Made by a program: the position numbers and the translations under genes. This document shows positions 11,628-38,650 of a DNA stretch of 64,000 nt, in pieces. The notes beneath the pieces are model-generated. The model worked only from the letters and a program-made list of their open reading frames with translations, was not told where the DNA came from and searched no databases. This stretch comes from Ylistrum balloti (lineage: Eukaryota): positions 124,001 to 188,000 of the forward strand of contig NW_026782339.1 of the NCBI RefSeq assembly GCF_031769215.1. Reading direction: 5' to 3'. Every line of letters starts with the position of its first letter. Within the stretch, counting starts at the first letter, position 1.

Positions 11628-14197
11628 GACCTTCTAGAAACAAAGCTTTTTACAGCACACAGTAGGTCTTTGGCTGACACTCTAACACCTTGTGCAACAA
11701 TGTAATATTAGGATTATTTTCAGTTGAAAACTTTAACTCACCCTAACCCTATCAAGCAATAAGTCCTAAAGGGTCAACACAATCTCTGATTCAAAGTTAA
11801 AGGTGTCGTGTGGGATGTGTTTATAATTCTGCTGAATAGTGATATATAGTGATGGGCGTATTATCAAACACAGACTTAAAGTTAGGTAAATCTTGCTGCA
11901 GAAACTAAACAGTCCCTTGTCAGGTGAGTGAAACAGATTTAACATTTCATATAGCCGTGCATTTTGGCAACTTGTTTCATACAGTTATGAAGAACACTAC
12001 ATCAGATTAAGGTAACACAAAGCTGTATTTCAAAATGCCCATTTCCATGTATTCACAACCAAATTAACTTCGTGCTACACAAATTTTGAAGTAATTCAAA
12101 TTCTTCAAATTAGTATGCCTGAATAGTTGATAACTTAGATTTCAAGATTCAAGATGAAAACAGTTCAAGCCAAAATTTCAAAAACATATGGACACTATTA
12201 AATATTGAAAATCACAGGTCTTGATGACAATAAAATTACCTCCATTTAATGCATGTGAAGAGCAACATTTCAAATGGATGTTAAAGCTTTCCAAAAAAGG
12301 AACACAAGAAATTTAGTCTTTATTCCTGAATTCTCCTAAATACAGTGATTATTATTTCACATTCTATTGTATGTGACTTGAGAAAGGTGAGGTCTTTTTA
12401 AGACTATGTTTTTGTGACCCATTATGTGAAAACTTGTACAGAAGCTGATGAATGAAAACACATACAATAAGACATTCAGAAATAGTTTTGTTTTTGTAAA
12501 GTCATGATTCCGAATTTTCATTTCTATGATAGTGATCTTGTTTTTTTACCTCACAAACATTTAGTTCCATTACAGTCCCACTGTAAAGTTGGTAAAAATC
12601 AAGGACAATGATGAGGACAAACAGGTATATAAAAGATACCAGTATATCCAGGCAAATCTCTATGTACTCTCGTCTGACTACATAATTATTTATTGAGAAA
12701 TCCAGTTGCTGAGGGAAGTGTCAGGTTTTCACAATATTCTTCAGTGTTTGAGCACATAATACATAAACCAGTATTGAAGTTTTACATCAATCAAGATAAC
12801 AATACAAAATATGTCACCACAACATATTGTAAGTACAGCTACACAATGTAGTACCACAGATTATCTATACACCAGACATCAAATGTCGGTTTTGATACAC
12901 AACAACAATTAAAACAGGCAGTTATGTATAGTATATGCTGGTTCCACTCAACATCTCTACTAAACACTTCACTTATTCATTAGTACAAATTTCCAATTGC
13001 TATTATGTGAAACTTGTAAAAGATACCTTTAGCAATACTATATATAAGTAAAGGGAAATAACAAAAATTATTGGAATTTGAAATAAATAGAATATGAAAA
13101 TATATCAACAATTGTACAAAATAATCAACAATGAATAAGTAATTAGTAATTACCCGTTAATAACAGAAACAGTCATTTAAATCATACACATCAATTTGTC
13201 AGAAATTTGAAGCAAGCAACATGATTAGTTTCATGATCATGGGTATTAAGAAAAGAAAAGACAAGATTTACTGTAAAAACCCACAAAAGGAGTGTAACTG
13301 TATAATTTGTACATGTACTTTTTCAGGGTTGAAAATGCTTAAAATATGCTTCCACGTTCATGATTTATGCATCCAAAACTACAGTCAAAAACTATATCAA
13401 GGAGCCACAGCATCAATCCCAGAATGTCCAGCTGACACATCAGACCAATGATATAAAGTCTAAAACTTAAAAGTATTCTCTACAAAATTCAATCATTCAT
13501 TTACCTTGTCCTCTTTAATTATGGGTACAAAATCATTAAAGAAAAAAATCTGCCAAATATTTCTGGTTTTTACCGTATGATTTTTAATTGTATATTAATG
13601 TGTTGTACATGTACGTGTTGGCACATTTAACTCATAACAAGTAAACAGATAAAACAACATGCATCATTAATTTACAAAACATGATGGCTGTCATTCAAGA
13701 TGAAATGAAGCAATATATTTACAAGGAATTCTGTTTAATTTAACTGTTTTGTATGAAATGTCTACTTAGTCTGAATTTCAAAAGACAACATATAAAGCAA
13801 AGCAAATGTCTTCATCAAAACTAAATTTTTATATTGAAAAATTTATCAAAGTCATTATTTTTCTTCAATATTACATCTGAGTATTTTATAATACAATATA
13901 CTTCTTTTGTCAAACATTTAGGTCCAATTTTAAGTCTCATCAGGAATCAATACTGCTATGTAATACTTGTTTGACAGAACTCACTCATGCAATTTAATTG
14001 ATAGAATATTGTATATTATGGAGACAGGCATACATGTACATGTTGCAGTTGTTCTAACTTTCATCCACATATCAAAGTATTGTTCTGTAATTCTCTCATA
14101 GCAGTTTTTGTATAAGGATGAAATTATCAGTAGATTACATGTAAAATAAATAAGTTTTAATTATTCTTACACTGAGGTAAATATGGATTTCACATTA

Positions 14198-14674
14198 TCA
14201 GGATACAAGTCTGGTCTCCTACTGAATGTCTCAGGTTAACAACTTTGTAATTAATACCTCTATACCACTCTACCCAGTACAACTTAAGACACTGTGAGAC
14301 ATTCTGGGACTCGGGATCAGGATACAAGCCTGGTCTCCTACTGAATGTCTCAGGTTAACAACTTTGTAATTAATACCTCTATACCACTCTACCCAGTACA
14401 ACTTAAGACACTGTGAGACATTCTGGGACTCGGGATCAGGATACAAGCCTGGTCTCCTACTGAATGTCTCAGGTTAACAACTTTGTAATTAATACCTCTA
14501 TAACACTCTACCCAGTACAACTCAAGACACTGTGAGACATTCTGGGACTCGGGATCAGGATACAAGTCTGGTCTCCTACTGAATGTCTCAGGTTAACAAC
14601 TTTGTAATTAATACCTCTATAACACTCTACCCAGTACAACTCAAGACATTGTGAGACATTCTGGGACTCGGGAC
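14198..14674. repeat. 119-bp tandem repeat (4 near-identical copies) downstream of the PEX6 stop
   Basis: tcaggatacaag starts at 14198, 14317, 14436 and 14555. Confidence 0.92.
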
Positions 14675-14749
14675 ACGTTTCATTACAGTATCAAGTCTAC
14701 CCTAATCCTCAGATACATTATCTCACTGCCTCAACCTGCAGTGAGCTAG

Positions 14750-15333
14750 CTCTTACCATATCCATCCCTTTAGTACACCTTTTGTCCTCACTGCATCAAC
14801 CTAGAGTGAGCCAGCTCTCACTATATCCATCATTTTAGCACATTCCTCACTGTCTGGATAGGTGTGTCTAGTGACGTAACTCTGACAATATCCATCCCTT
14901 TATTACAAACTTTGCCCTCACTGTCTGGATAGGTGTGTCTAGTGAGGTAACTGACTATATCCATCCCTTTATTACAAACTTTGCCCTCACTGTCTGGATA
15001 GTTGTGTCTAGTGAGGTAACTGACTATATCCATCCCTTTATTACAAACTTTGCCCTCACTGTCTGGATAGGTGTGTCTAGTGAGGTAACTGACTATATCC
15101 ATCCCTTTATTACAAACTTTGCCCTCACTGTCTGGATAGTTGTGTCTAGTGAGGTAACTGACTATATCCATCCCTTTATTACAAACTTTGCCCTCACTGT
15201 CTGGATAGTTGTGTCTAGTGAGGTAACTCTGACTATATCCATCCCTTTATTACAAACTTTGCCCTCACTGTCTGGATAGTTGTGTCTAGTGAGGTAACTG
15301 ACTATATCCATCCCTTTATTACAAACTAAGCCC

Positions 15334-15340
<7 letters not shown>
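14750..15340 (-). repeat. 69-bp tandem repeat anchored on the PEX6 stop codon, one AATAAA per unit
   Basis: About 7 near-perfect units (atatccatccc at ~14888, 14957, 15026, 15095, 15164, 15235, 15304) plus 2 diverged distal units. The minus-strand unit contains acagTGAgggc..tttgtAATAAAggg. Confidence 0.92.
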
Positions 15341-28244
<12,904 letters not shown>

Positions 28245-28459
28245 TTCTCTTCCTTTCGATTTAATCTACGGTTTCGTGTGTCTTTCTCAATTTAAAAGAA
28301 AAGACTAGAAACGTATCGAAAACCAAATTTGGAGTTAGTAAAACGTTTTGATTAGATAAGGGATTGCATTCAAAAACATGAAAGCGTCTAATTCATCACG
28401 ATGTCACATTGCGCTTCCGGTTTGTTTTACCATTCTATAACAGTAAGTCGTGATGCAAA
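28245..28459. promoter_or_regulatory. Putative bidirectional promoter (PEX6 / NRDE2)
   Basis: 215 bp separate the divergent ATGs. The interval is locally CpG-rich and has an ETS-type core CTTCCGG at ~28414. Confidence 0.7.
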
Positions 28460-31400
28460 ATGCCGCTTTTCCCAATATTAGACCAGGCAGGAGAAACAGA
28501 ACGTCCGCAGAAGTTATTCCCGGCTGCTGATGTACAGATAGGTACACCAGAACATCTGGTTTCTCCAGGTAAATGACAAATTTTGGACAGTAGACATTAC
28601 TTTAAAACGCTACTTTCAGTTTCAACTTAACGTTTGAGAACGTACGCCGATACTCTATTATTTATCAAGTTTGCTACTATTAATTAAAACGATTGTGAAT
28701 TTGTGTAAATAATACATTTATTTCTAAAAGGAATTTTGATCGTTTGATTGATTTTAGAATGACAGGAATCGGAAATATCATGATACGAAGATACTACTCA
28801 TTTAAGTAGCATAATAACTATATGTTGACGCTCTGCCCTCACACAATCATTACATTAAATTCAGTCACCATTTTATTGATAGACATTCAGTTGTCAATAA
28901 GAAATATTTTGAAAGGATATTGTCTGATAGATGTCATGAATATGACCAGTTACTTGATTATGAAACATGATTACTGTAATAATTTGTATATCCTCTCAAG
29001 TTTGCAAGGCATTTTATCAAGTCTATATATATATACATTTGTGGTGGCTAATTTGTGTAGTTTTGTTTGAGTGTGGCAGGCTTTAATTGTACATAATGTA
29101 AGAGTAGACTTGCTTTCTATCTTCTTGCTAGTGGGAATGTTCCTTCAGTTCAATAGGTAGAGTAGTGGACCAGTAAGCACTGGATCAGTGGTTCGATCCC
29201 AGGAAGAGAAACAGGGTTCATTTAATGTTACATTTGGTGCCATAGCCTTTTCAAAGTGCAAGTTACTGAAAGACTTTTTGGAGCTGGAGAATTTGGATTG
29301 ATGTGTTGTTTTGGCTCAATATATTACAAATGGGAAGTGTGGTCGGTTTTAACCATACATTATATAGGAATTAGAATAAGGTAGTCTTATAGCTTCCCTC
29401 TAGTGAAAATTTCTGTTTAGTCAATCAGCAATGGACCAGTAAGTATACCAGGGGTCACAGCTGGTTCAAGCTGTAGCAGGTACACACTACTCCTTTCCTG
29501 CTATAGCAGTAATAATAAACATTTTCATAATTTTGATCCTCAGACAAAATTTTCCTTACTTATTTGCAAACAGCTGCAGTATCTTGGTGCTTCAGTAAAA
29601 TGTATTACTAGACTAAAGTGGTTTAATTCCTTCTCAAGACAGTTTTATTTGCTCAGGAATCTGAAATCACCGATTTCCAGTGCTATAGCAGTTTTGTCCT
29701 TAGGCTAGACACTTTTACCTCAATTGATTTAGATAACATCTGATGGGCCTCCTGCATGTTGTTCAGTGAGGTAGCCACCAGCTTCTACTCAAATGACTCT
29801 TTATGTTGACACAACAATAAACCAACAATTTTTTTTTATTTATTTTTCTCTCTGTTTTGACCCCAGGTAATTTTGACTGGCTGAGTAACAGTAGTTACAA
29901 GCCAGAACATGAACAAAAGAATATCAAAAAGGTACACGATTCTCCAATAGAGACAACTGCTTCATCAGAGATTTCCTGTGACAACCAAGATCACTCACCC
30001 AAAGGTCATACTAAGTATGTTTTTTAATTATTAATGCTTTTTATTGAATATTTGAAAATTTCTTTAGTTAAAAAAAAACAGAATAAATTGCAAAGAGCTA
30101 AAAAAAGATTTATTAAAAGGAAATTATAATTACATTTTCAATAAATATTTATATAAACTACAGCCATGTGGCATTGTGTTTTTATGTACTATATGATTAC
30201 TGATTTAATAACATTTACTAATTCAATAACTTTTAGATCTAAGAGGTGGAAAGCAGATGATGAGAGGAGTGGCACAAACGACGAAGAAACTGAGAGTAAG
30301 GCTGTAAAATGTTCATCAGATTGTTTGTAAAAAAAGAAATTGATTTAGTCAATTGAGGTCAGTTAAGTTGCATAACTTCATCAGGCAGAAAGACTAGTTA
30401 TTAAGTTAAAATGATAACCATAACAATACTTAGCATATATATTATTATCCATATTAGTCATTGTAACTTGTAACAATCTTTTAAAACAGAAAAGCTGTCT
30501 GTGTTCCTGTCAAGATGACTACTTAAGATTTGTTGAAGAAACATCAATAATGCAGTGTACATCTTTATAATTATGCTTCCACATGCTGAAGCATTTTTTG
30601 TTTGTGTGGGTTTTTTTTTTTTCATTGATCCATTTACCTGGTAAACAAGCATGTGATAATTTACAATCCTGATTTGCAAAGACATAAAAAATATAAACAA
30701 AGATGTAGTACGAAATTGCATTCTTTGTACTTCATTCCATCACCTGATTGTTGTAATACCTTGTCAGGAGGGGGTCACAATTGTTTAGTTGGTAGAGCAT
30801 TGACCTAAGTATCCTCAGGTGAATATCCAAGGTGCATAGTTTTCTGCTCCCTACCAATGACGTTTTGTGTTCTGTGCTGAACTGGTTGTGTCTATGGCTA
30901 GACATTTTAACCTAATTGCTCTAGATAAAATACAATGGGCCTCCTGTTTGTTGTTCAGTGTGGTAGTCTTCTGATACTACATGGAGACCCTACCTCAGAA
31001 TGACTTTATAAACCAAGCAAAAAGACATTGTCAGGACATTAAAAAAGTTTCTTGCTTGTTGATGAATACTTTGGTAGACAAATCAATATGTTCATTAGGA
31101 ATTATCATCTGTTACAGGAGATGAAGTGAAAAAACACAGAAAGAAAACAAAGAAGGAAAAACATAAACACAAATCTAAGAAGCATAAACATCGGAGGTCA
31201 AGGTCAAGGAGTCCAGTGCCCCAGTATAGTAATGTCACCAAAAAGCAGTAAGGAATCTCACAACTGATGATAGTTCTGAATATCTATCAATGTAATTTTT
31301 TAAGGAGGCAAGAAATTGAAAGTATTCTAACCTTAAGTGATTGTTTGGTTTTACTGACATAGATATAAGGAATTATGGTTTTAAATGTTTGTGGTGTTAG

Positions 31401-34400
31401 AGAGTGTGGCATTGTTTAACATAAAGGAGTTGGTACTTGATTATATTCCACCCCTTCAACAAAGTTAGGAGGGGTATACTGGAATTATCTTGTCTGTCTG
31501 TAAAACAATACATTTGTGCAGACAACTCCGTCTAGATTTCAATGAAGCTACACAGAAATATTAGCCACCATGTATTGCACACGTTCAATGTTATTTCACA
31601 AGAATATAGTTGCCTTAGTATTTGTACAACAATAACTGATCAATAAAGAAGTTGTCACCACCAATCCTAAACTTGTTCAGAGCATTTATTAGGATTACAG
31701 TTCTAGTTGCATCTAGCTTACTCCCTGTTTCTCAATTACACTGAACTGGATATCTTGCATGTGAATGGACAATATGAATTTCATACCACTTCATTTTGTG
31801 TTTTTTTTCCGGTAGTTCTAATATAGAAGGAAACACTAGGAAAGTAAATATCAGCAATACATACACTGGTAACCCCGACGCTAGTTTTCCTTAAAAGGAA
31901 ACATTCCATGACAGAAAGTAAAAGTATGTTCCGATTGACATTTCCGGAATTATTGTTGTGCCGGAAATCTCAAGGCATACTTTGAAAATTGACTAAGATA
32001 ATGGCTTTTGTATGTTATCAAATGATCCAAATATTTCTATACCTTATAAACCTAATCTGATATTTTGTTTCCTGTAAATTTTTGAAAATACTATGAATCC
32101 TGTTAACAGATTAAAACAGTAATGGATTAACGTAATTAATCACAACTTACATTAATTTTTTCATTTTAATCTGATTTTAGAACAAAGGTGTTCAAGCACG
32201 GTGACAAAGTGTTTATTGACGAGATACCAGGACTAGAGGCAGAGGATGCTTATCGGATTGATAGAAAGCCCAATAAAAACAACTATATATATGGATCAGT
32301 GGTTGACAGACATGTTGCCAAATTCAAAAGACATGTTGATGTTTGTTTGGCTGCTGATGATCAGCTAGCAGTGTCTCTCAGAGAACAAAAGGATCAGAGC
32401 AGTCGATTCAAGTCACACAACAGGTATTACAACAAAGAGAATCGAAAATTATCGAGATCAGCTCCAGACGAAGTCATCCCGATTAGTAAGGACTGTTTGA
32501 GTGGTTCTGATAGTGCAAAGGAATTCATATCTGTCAACAAGATCAAATCTGAACATCAGAACCAAGAGGACGGCCAGTTGAAGGGTGATGTACGTGACCA
32601 GCTGATGGATGGGAAATCTTTGGCTTATGTGCAAGGTACAGGAGTGATTCAATCGCAACAGGATAACAAACCTATAGTGAGGTCAGAGTTATGGCAGAAG
32701 AATGCTGATTACAACAAACGCTTAAGGGAAAACCCAAAAGATGTCAAACTTTGGCTGGAATTTGTTAAATTCCAAGATAGATTTTTATATGAGGACTTAT
32801 CAGATGAGGACCATGCTGGAAGTATGAATGTTAAGAAGCTCCCAAAACAGGTCGTTCATGAGAAAAAGGTAATGATTCTTAAGAAGGCTATGGAGGCAAA
32901 TTCATCATGTGTTTCTCTTAAACTGAGATATCTAGAACTTTGCCAAGGCAATTTGGAGGCAGCCGAGGTGAACAAGGAATTAGAAAGCCTTCTGTTTGTG
33001 TATCCAACAGACACCACCCTGTGGAGGCAATACCTCTTGTACAATCAATCTCACCTTGCCACTTTTTCCGTGACACGAGTGTGTAAATTCTACAGCACCT
33101 GTATACAGAAGCTGATTGGCTACCAAGAGGGGTCAGTGTTCTCCCATGGGTCTACAGATGGGCTTGACAGGAACATGTTAGGTAAGTGACACCTGATCTA
33201 GTGAGTAACTTCTTACTGGCATAAAGGGCATTCATGCCTTTCTCAGGATGAATTACCTACTAGACCCTTGTCTGTACATGTATCATATCTGTCAAATAGG
33301 TTCAGAATTGCAAACAACTTCTTCTAAAACTCCATAAAGCCTTGATTTATGATTCTGTGAATTTGACATGAGAAATAGAGGATCTTGAAGGAATTTCTGA
33401 AGGAGCTTGATTGAATCAAAAAACTTCTGAGGAAAGAGAACAAAGAATCTTTTGATGTATATGGTAATATGATATACATACATTGTATGTAAAATAATAT
33501 AGCACTTTCATTTTTGCCTTTCTTGGCAAATGAAGACTAGCATTGAATAAACATTTGTGATGTGTCTCAAATTCATTGGTTGTCATTGTCAGAAATGCAT
33601 GTCAATGATGTCCAGTTATTTCATGCTGTCTTTTTATTACAGATCTGTTTGTGCAGTATTGCTGTTTCTTAAGACAAGCTGGCCATATGGAGAAGGCTGT
33701 AGGCTGTTTCCAGGCTCTGCTAGAGTTCAACCTTTATTGCCCTGCTTCACTGGAAAGTTCTGGTCACCAGGACAAGCAGAATGTATTTGAGAGTTTCTGG
33801 GACAGCGGTATAAGTAGGGTGGGAGAGAACAATGCTAAGGGCTGGCAGTTCTGGTCAGAAAATCCTGGAGAGTTACCCTCATCAGCTGCCTTGACACTTG
33901 ACACAGGTACTGGTGTAATATCAGGATTGTAATCATTTTAATAAGGTTGGTGCTAGGGGGATATACAAATGGGTACTGTATGTTCATTCATCAGTCTGTG
34001 GGTATTTCCAGAAATTATCATTAAAAGCCTAATAGATAACTTCACAAAACTTTCTACACACATCAATCAAGTGATCTCGTAGTGCCTTTCACTATGGAGC
34101 AGTTTTCTGTTTCAGTATCTTTCTGGTTACTGTGGAAACATCAAAATCACTGATTTCTTCGTTTTCAGAGTATATCTCAGAAACCGTTTACGATGACTCC
34201 ATACAAATTTTCCACACTCATTAAACAAATGGTGTAGTAGCTTAATTGAAGACAAATATGGTATCTCCAAAACTTCATTAATGAGACTTTAACGTAGATC
34301 AACCCTTCTGTGGCATAACTCTTACCGGGGACCTGTAATCTGTTTCATTTTATATAACATGTTATCTATCTGACCAATGCGTCGCCAGGTAGAAACATCT

Positions 34401-37400
34401 GTATTGCCCTTGAATGGCACAATAATTGAGCTGAACACAAGTAATGGAAAAGCCTTGCGTGTGTAGCTACCTAGAATCCTCAGAATTATACTTACAATGT
34501 CTTTTCACAACCAGCAGTATAATCGATCATAATTTAAATACAAAAACAAGTATGGTGAGGCATGCTCTTTATTTGTTTATTTTAATGTATTTAAGTCTTA
34601 ATAGAAAAACAATTTCGCCAGTAAAAGAGACCAGATATTTACAGTATAATTGAGTTATTTTTGAATCACCAAAACATATACATTTTTAGGACAGTTATAG
34701 GACAGTAATCCTGTATCCATTTGTAAACAAGAAATATCTTCTTTTAGACATAGAACAAGAGGAACAAGAACTGCTAGGGCGGAATGATCCAAAATGGAGG
34801 ATATGGCTTAACATGGAGCTTCTGCGTGGGTCTGTTCACTGGTTACCATGGAGACCAGATGTATCCAAAGATGAGACAGAAGAGGACTGCCAGGATGTTG
34901 AACGCTTGGTTTTGTTCGATGATGTGTCAGGTGTTCTGTTTACGTTGCCCAAGTGGCTCCATTTTGAAGCAGTTTTACAATTCTTGTTATTTCTTGGTGT
35001 TGACACATCAAGTGACTTCATCATAAGCTCAGTGAGATCCATTGACTGTCAGTGTAACTTAGACAGAGTATCACAGATCTTTAGCAAGAATCTGCTTCCC
35101 GAATGTCATGGCGATATAAAAGTGACACCACATCTTAAAACATATATCAACTCCTTATTAGAACAGATGGTTAGCTATTTCGAAAACGATGTGAATTCAC
35201 ATACTGTTCTTACAACATTAAGACTACGATTTTTTAAACAATGTATAAAGGACAGTCCCAGTGGTCTAAAACAACTTAAAAAGTTTGGTAAGTCACTGTT
35301 GAAGGAGCCCAGAAACAGGAGTAACTTGTTTGTGTGGAGCGAATACACGGCTCAGCTCTGGGAAGTTGGAGGAGTGCTGGAGGCTCGTCCAGTGGTAGAG
35401 ACGGCCTTGTCAATGCAGAGTGGATCAGGGTCAGCTATTGAAGTGGACCCTGGGACAAGATGTGGACTTGTACGACTACACAGGATATTGACAGAGATCA
35501 TTCTAAAATTTCCACCGGGAGATTTGCGGGTATGTGGAGACAGGATCTTAGATAAAGATTCTGAAAAATCTTCTCAGGAGGCTCGCTGGGGCCTTCAGTG
35601 TCTTGTAAAGGAAAAAAGCATAAAGGATCCAGTTCCATTTGAGAATCCATTGATCTGTTCTTGGACCATGAAGAAAATGAGGAAAATGTTAGAATGCTAT
35701 GCAGAAAATCTGAAGACTGAGGTACATGGAAGTAGTGGAAAATGTGTGTTGACATTACAGCACTTCTGTGAGCTCACCAGGTGTTGTGTTTTGTATGCTT
35801 GGCTCACTCAGGTAGACATGTTGAAGGAGAGTATAGGGATAGTGGACTGGGCATTGTCCAAGATACAACTTCTTCTTTCTAACCATCCATCCCTCGACCC
35901 AGATAAAAAGCAGCCTCGCTGCGAACCACTGACATCCAACTGTCTTACAGTTCTGGAGGAACTACACAGGATAAAGGTACGAATGGTTTTGTGTCATATG
36001 TTGACTTTATCTGCACCCCTCAGTTGTTTGCGTTCTGCCATTAATGCAGCTCTGAGTGACTTCCCTTACAGTTCTCACTTCCTGTGGCTGTTTACTCAGA
36101 CAGAAATGAAGATGAATGTTTCAGGGCATCTTGATCGTTTCTTTACTCATCACCTGAAGGAAGGAACACAACCCAATCTTCTGATGATGGCCATATTGTC
36201 TCAGGTTCAAAAACTTAAGGACTTGGAAGAACAAATGAAGAAGGAAAATTATTTGAAACAGGGTGTGTATCTGCTCATTGTTGGCTCATTCACAGATTTT
36301 GCATTTTGTAAACAAAAAAAAATCAATAAACAAAGAAACATCAACAAAATGGAAATGATATCTACAGATTCCGGTTTAAATTTGCTGTCAGTACGCTTAT
36401 TTGAGTGTATACAATGTGGATTACAATTTAAAACATGAAAAGGCCATTACTTTGATATTAAACTACCATAATATGGTATTTAGTGTCATGAAGAATGTAG
36501 TCTCTGACCTGTTTTTTTAGTTGCGGGGGTAAATAAGGCTGTAGGTCTGTGTCTATGATTGCTGAAACACTTATGTTTGGTTTTGATAATATCCTCCGAC
36601 TACAGGGGAAGACGTGAAGATTCCAGAGACAAGTATGATTCATCGTATCAGGAGCTACTGTGATGTTGGCAGGGACAACAATCTTACTCGGAACTGTCCT
36701 CTGTTGTGGCGTGCTTGTCTTTATACAGAGGTAGGTACACCACTTTCATTGTATCTTGCTTATTTCATTGATTTTCATTTTTTCCCAAAGAAATATGATT
36801 TTACAAGTGATGCCATGATTATTATATCTTTTGGAAATAGAGTTTAAATTAGACTATTTATAGTCTACCTAAATACAGTGTTCAACAGTGATAACTCTGA
36901 TGTTCCATGTGTTTAAATTAGACTATTTATAGTCTACCTACATACAGTGTTCAACAGTGATAACTCTGATGTTCCATGTGTTTAAATTAGACTATTTATA
37001 GTCTACCTACATACAGTGTTCAACAGTGATAACTCTGATGTTCCATGTGTTTAAATTAGACTATTTATAGTCTACCTACATACAGTGTTCAACAGTGATA
37101 ACTCTGATGTTCCATGTGTTTAAATTAGACTATTTATAGTCTACCTACATACAGTGTTCAACAGTGATAACTCTGATGTTCCATGTGTTTAAATTAGACT
37201 ATTTATAGTCTACCTACATACAGTGTTCAACAGTGATAACTCTGATGTTCCATGTGTTTAAATTAGACTATTTATAGTCTACCTACATACAGTGTTCAAC
37301 AGTGAGAACTCTGATGTTCCATGTGTTTAAATTAGACTATTTATAGTCTACCTACATACAGTGTTCAACAGTGATAACTCTGATGTTCCATGTGTTTAAA

Positions 37401-38650
37401 TTAGACTATTTATAGTCTACCTACATACAGTGTTCAACAGTGATAACTCTGATGTTCCATGTGTTTAAATTAGACTATTTATAGTCTACCTACATACAGT
37501 GTTCAACAGTGATAACTCTGATGTTCCATGTGTTTAAATTAGACTATTTATAGTCTACCTACATACAGTGTTCAACAGTGAGAACTCTGATGTTCCATGT
37601 GGTCTTCGTATAAAATTGAAGTTGAAACCGTGCCAAACAAATTTTTTTTTAGATTCTACAGTATGTCTGGTTTTATTTTGCCTGCTAGGAATTCATTTTA
37701 TAAAATTGCCAAAGACTAGAATTTTATTATCAGATGAAGTACGGAAAAAGAGAGCGGGCCAAAGGGTTGTTTTATCAAGCTCTTCAGCATTGTCCCTGGG
37801 CCAAGGTAAGCAACATTTTTACAACAAGTATTCTTTCACTGGTAGTTGGAAAGAACAAGATGCAGATTATGTAAACGGTCAAAGTTAGGAATAAATCCCA
37901 AACAATTATACAGCTTGGCCAGGCAGTTATCTTGTCAAAGCAATAAAATATATAGCAATTTTGATAAAGGACAAAGATAGGGAAAAGCACAACAAAACAG
38001 CTGGTATGAAACTGGTCGCAAAAAAAAAGCAGATTAAAGCATGCTTAAACAAGGTTGGAATCTAAAACACACAAAAGATATACTACACATGTCTTTTGTT
38101 CAACTTAATTCACCATCAGTATTTTATCAAATTGATGTTGTTGTGTATTTCATGATTACATCTTATCCTTGTTAACACTCTCGTCTTCTTTATTGACCTT
38201 CTGTAACCTTACCTATGTTATATCCTGACACATCTGTCATCCAGTTTATTCTGTTTAGCTCTGAACAACCTTTTTAGTATGATTTAGGAGACATCACTAG
38301 ATTATATGTACCAACAATAATCCTTTCCACCGTGAATAGATGGAGTAGTTTATGTTTCTCAAAGTTAGCATAGATCATATTGGGATGTCAATGATGGGAG
38401 TGACATGCCAATTTTCAAGGTTTGCCATAAAGAAGAATGCTATTATCTGTATTGAATTGCATTCACTGGAGTTTTAAGATGTCAGGAGAGGAAATTAATA
38501 CTTTTATTGATCTGTTTATGTCAGGTGCTGTACCTAGATGGCGTGGCAATGTTTGGTGAAGAAAATGTGACCGATGTTACAGACCTCATCATCGAAAAAG
38601 AACTCAGGCTTCAAATACCACTTGAGGAGGTGGACCTCCTGTTGGAGTAA
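28460..38650 (+). CDS. NRDE2: Nuclear exosome regulator NRDE2, 10 exons, 1182 aa
   Basis: Exons: 28460-28568, 29867-30014, 30237-30295, 31118-31247, 32181-33181, 33643-33906, 34748-36262, 36606-36730, 37734-37805, 38525-38650. All introns are GT-AG with consistent phase; total 3549 nt. Motifs similar to human NRDE2: MPLFP, DWLSNSSY, K/H-rich tract, YRIDRKPNKNNY, LRENPKDVKLWLEFVKFQD, FQALLEFN, FWDSGISRVGE, LLRGSVHWLPWR, EDVERLVLFDDV, CPLLWR, KGLFYQALQHCPWAKVLYLDG, EKELRLQIPLEEVDLLLE*. Confidence 0.95.
29680..29805 (+). mobile_element. SINE-like dispersed repeat fragment (copy 1)
   Basis: gtccttaggctagacacttttacct...atgggcctcctg..tgttgttcagtg.ggtag aligns with 30890-31010. The gtcctt.ggc.agacactt core resembles conserved SINE central domains. 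Confidence 0.5.
30770..31010 (+). mobile_element. tRNA-derived SINE-like element (copy 2)
   Basis: A-box-like tttagttggtagagca at ~30785, followed by a body homologous to 29680-29805. There is no intact cloverleaf or B box. Confidence 0.5.
31440..31600 (-). mobile_element. HINE-like end fragment in NRDE2 intron 4
   Basis: Hairpin CCCCT-tcaacaaagttagg-AGGGG, then tatactggaattatcttgtctgtctg (microsatellite remnant), in reverse orientation. Confidence 0.5.
33945..34370 (-). mobile_element. Degenerate HINE-like fragments in NRDE2 intron 6
   Basis: gggggatatac..tcagtctgtggg..atttcc and atatctcagaaaccg..aacttca motifs resemble the other HINE-like copies. Weak evidence. Confidence 0.3.
36842..37601. 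repeat. 69-bp minisatellite (11 nearly identical copies) in NRDE2 intron 8
   Basis: Unit tttaaattagactatttatagtctacctacatacagtgttcaacagtgataactctgatgttccatgtg, with an internal inverted repeat AGACTA-ttta-TAGTCT. Confidence 0.95.

Noticed and set aside
29165-29250. Possible tRNA gene (ggttcgatccc B box)
   Set aside because: No acceptor stem or cloverleaf can be built; more likely a tRNA-SINE head remnant.
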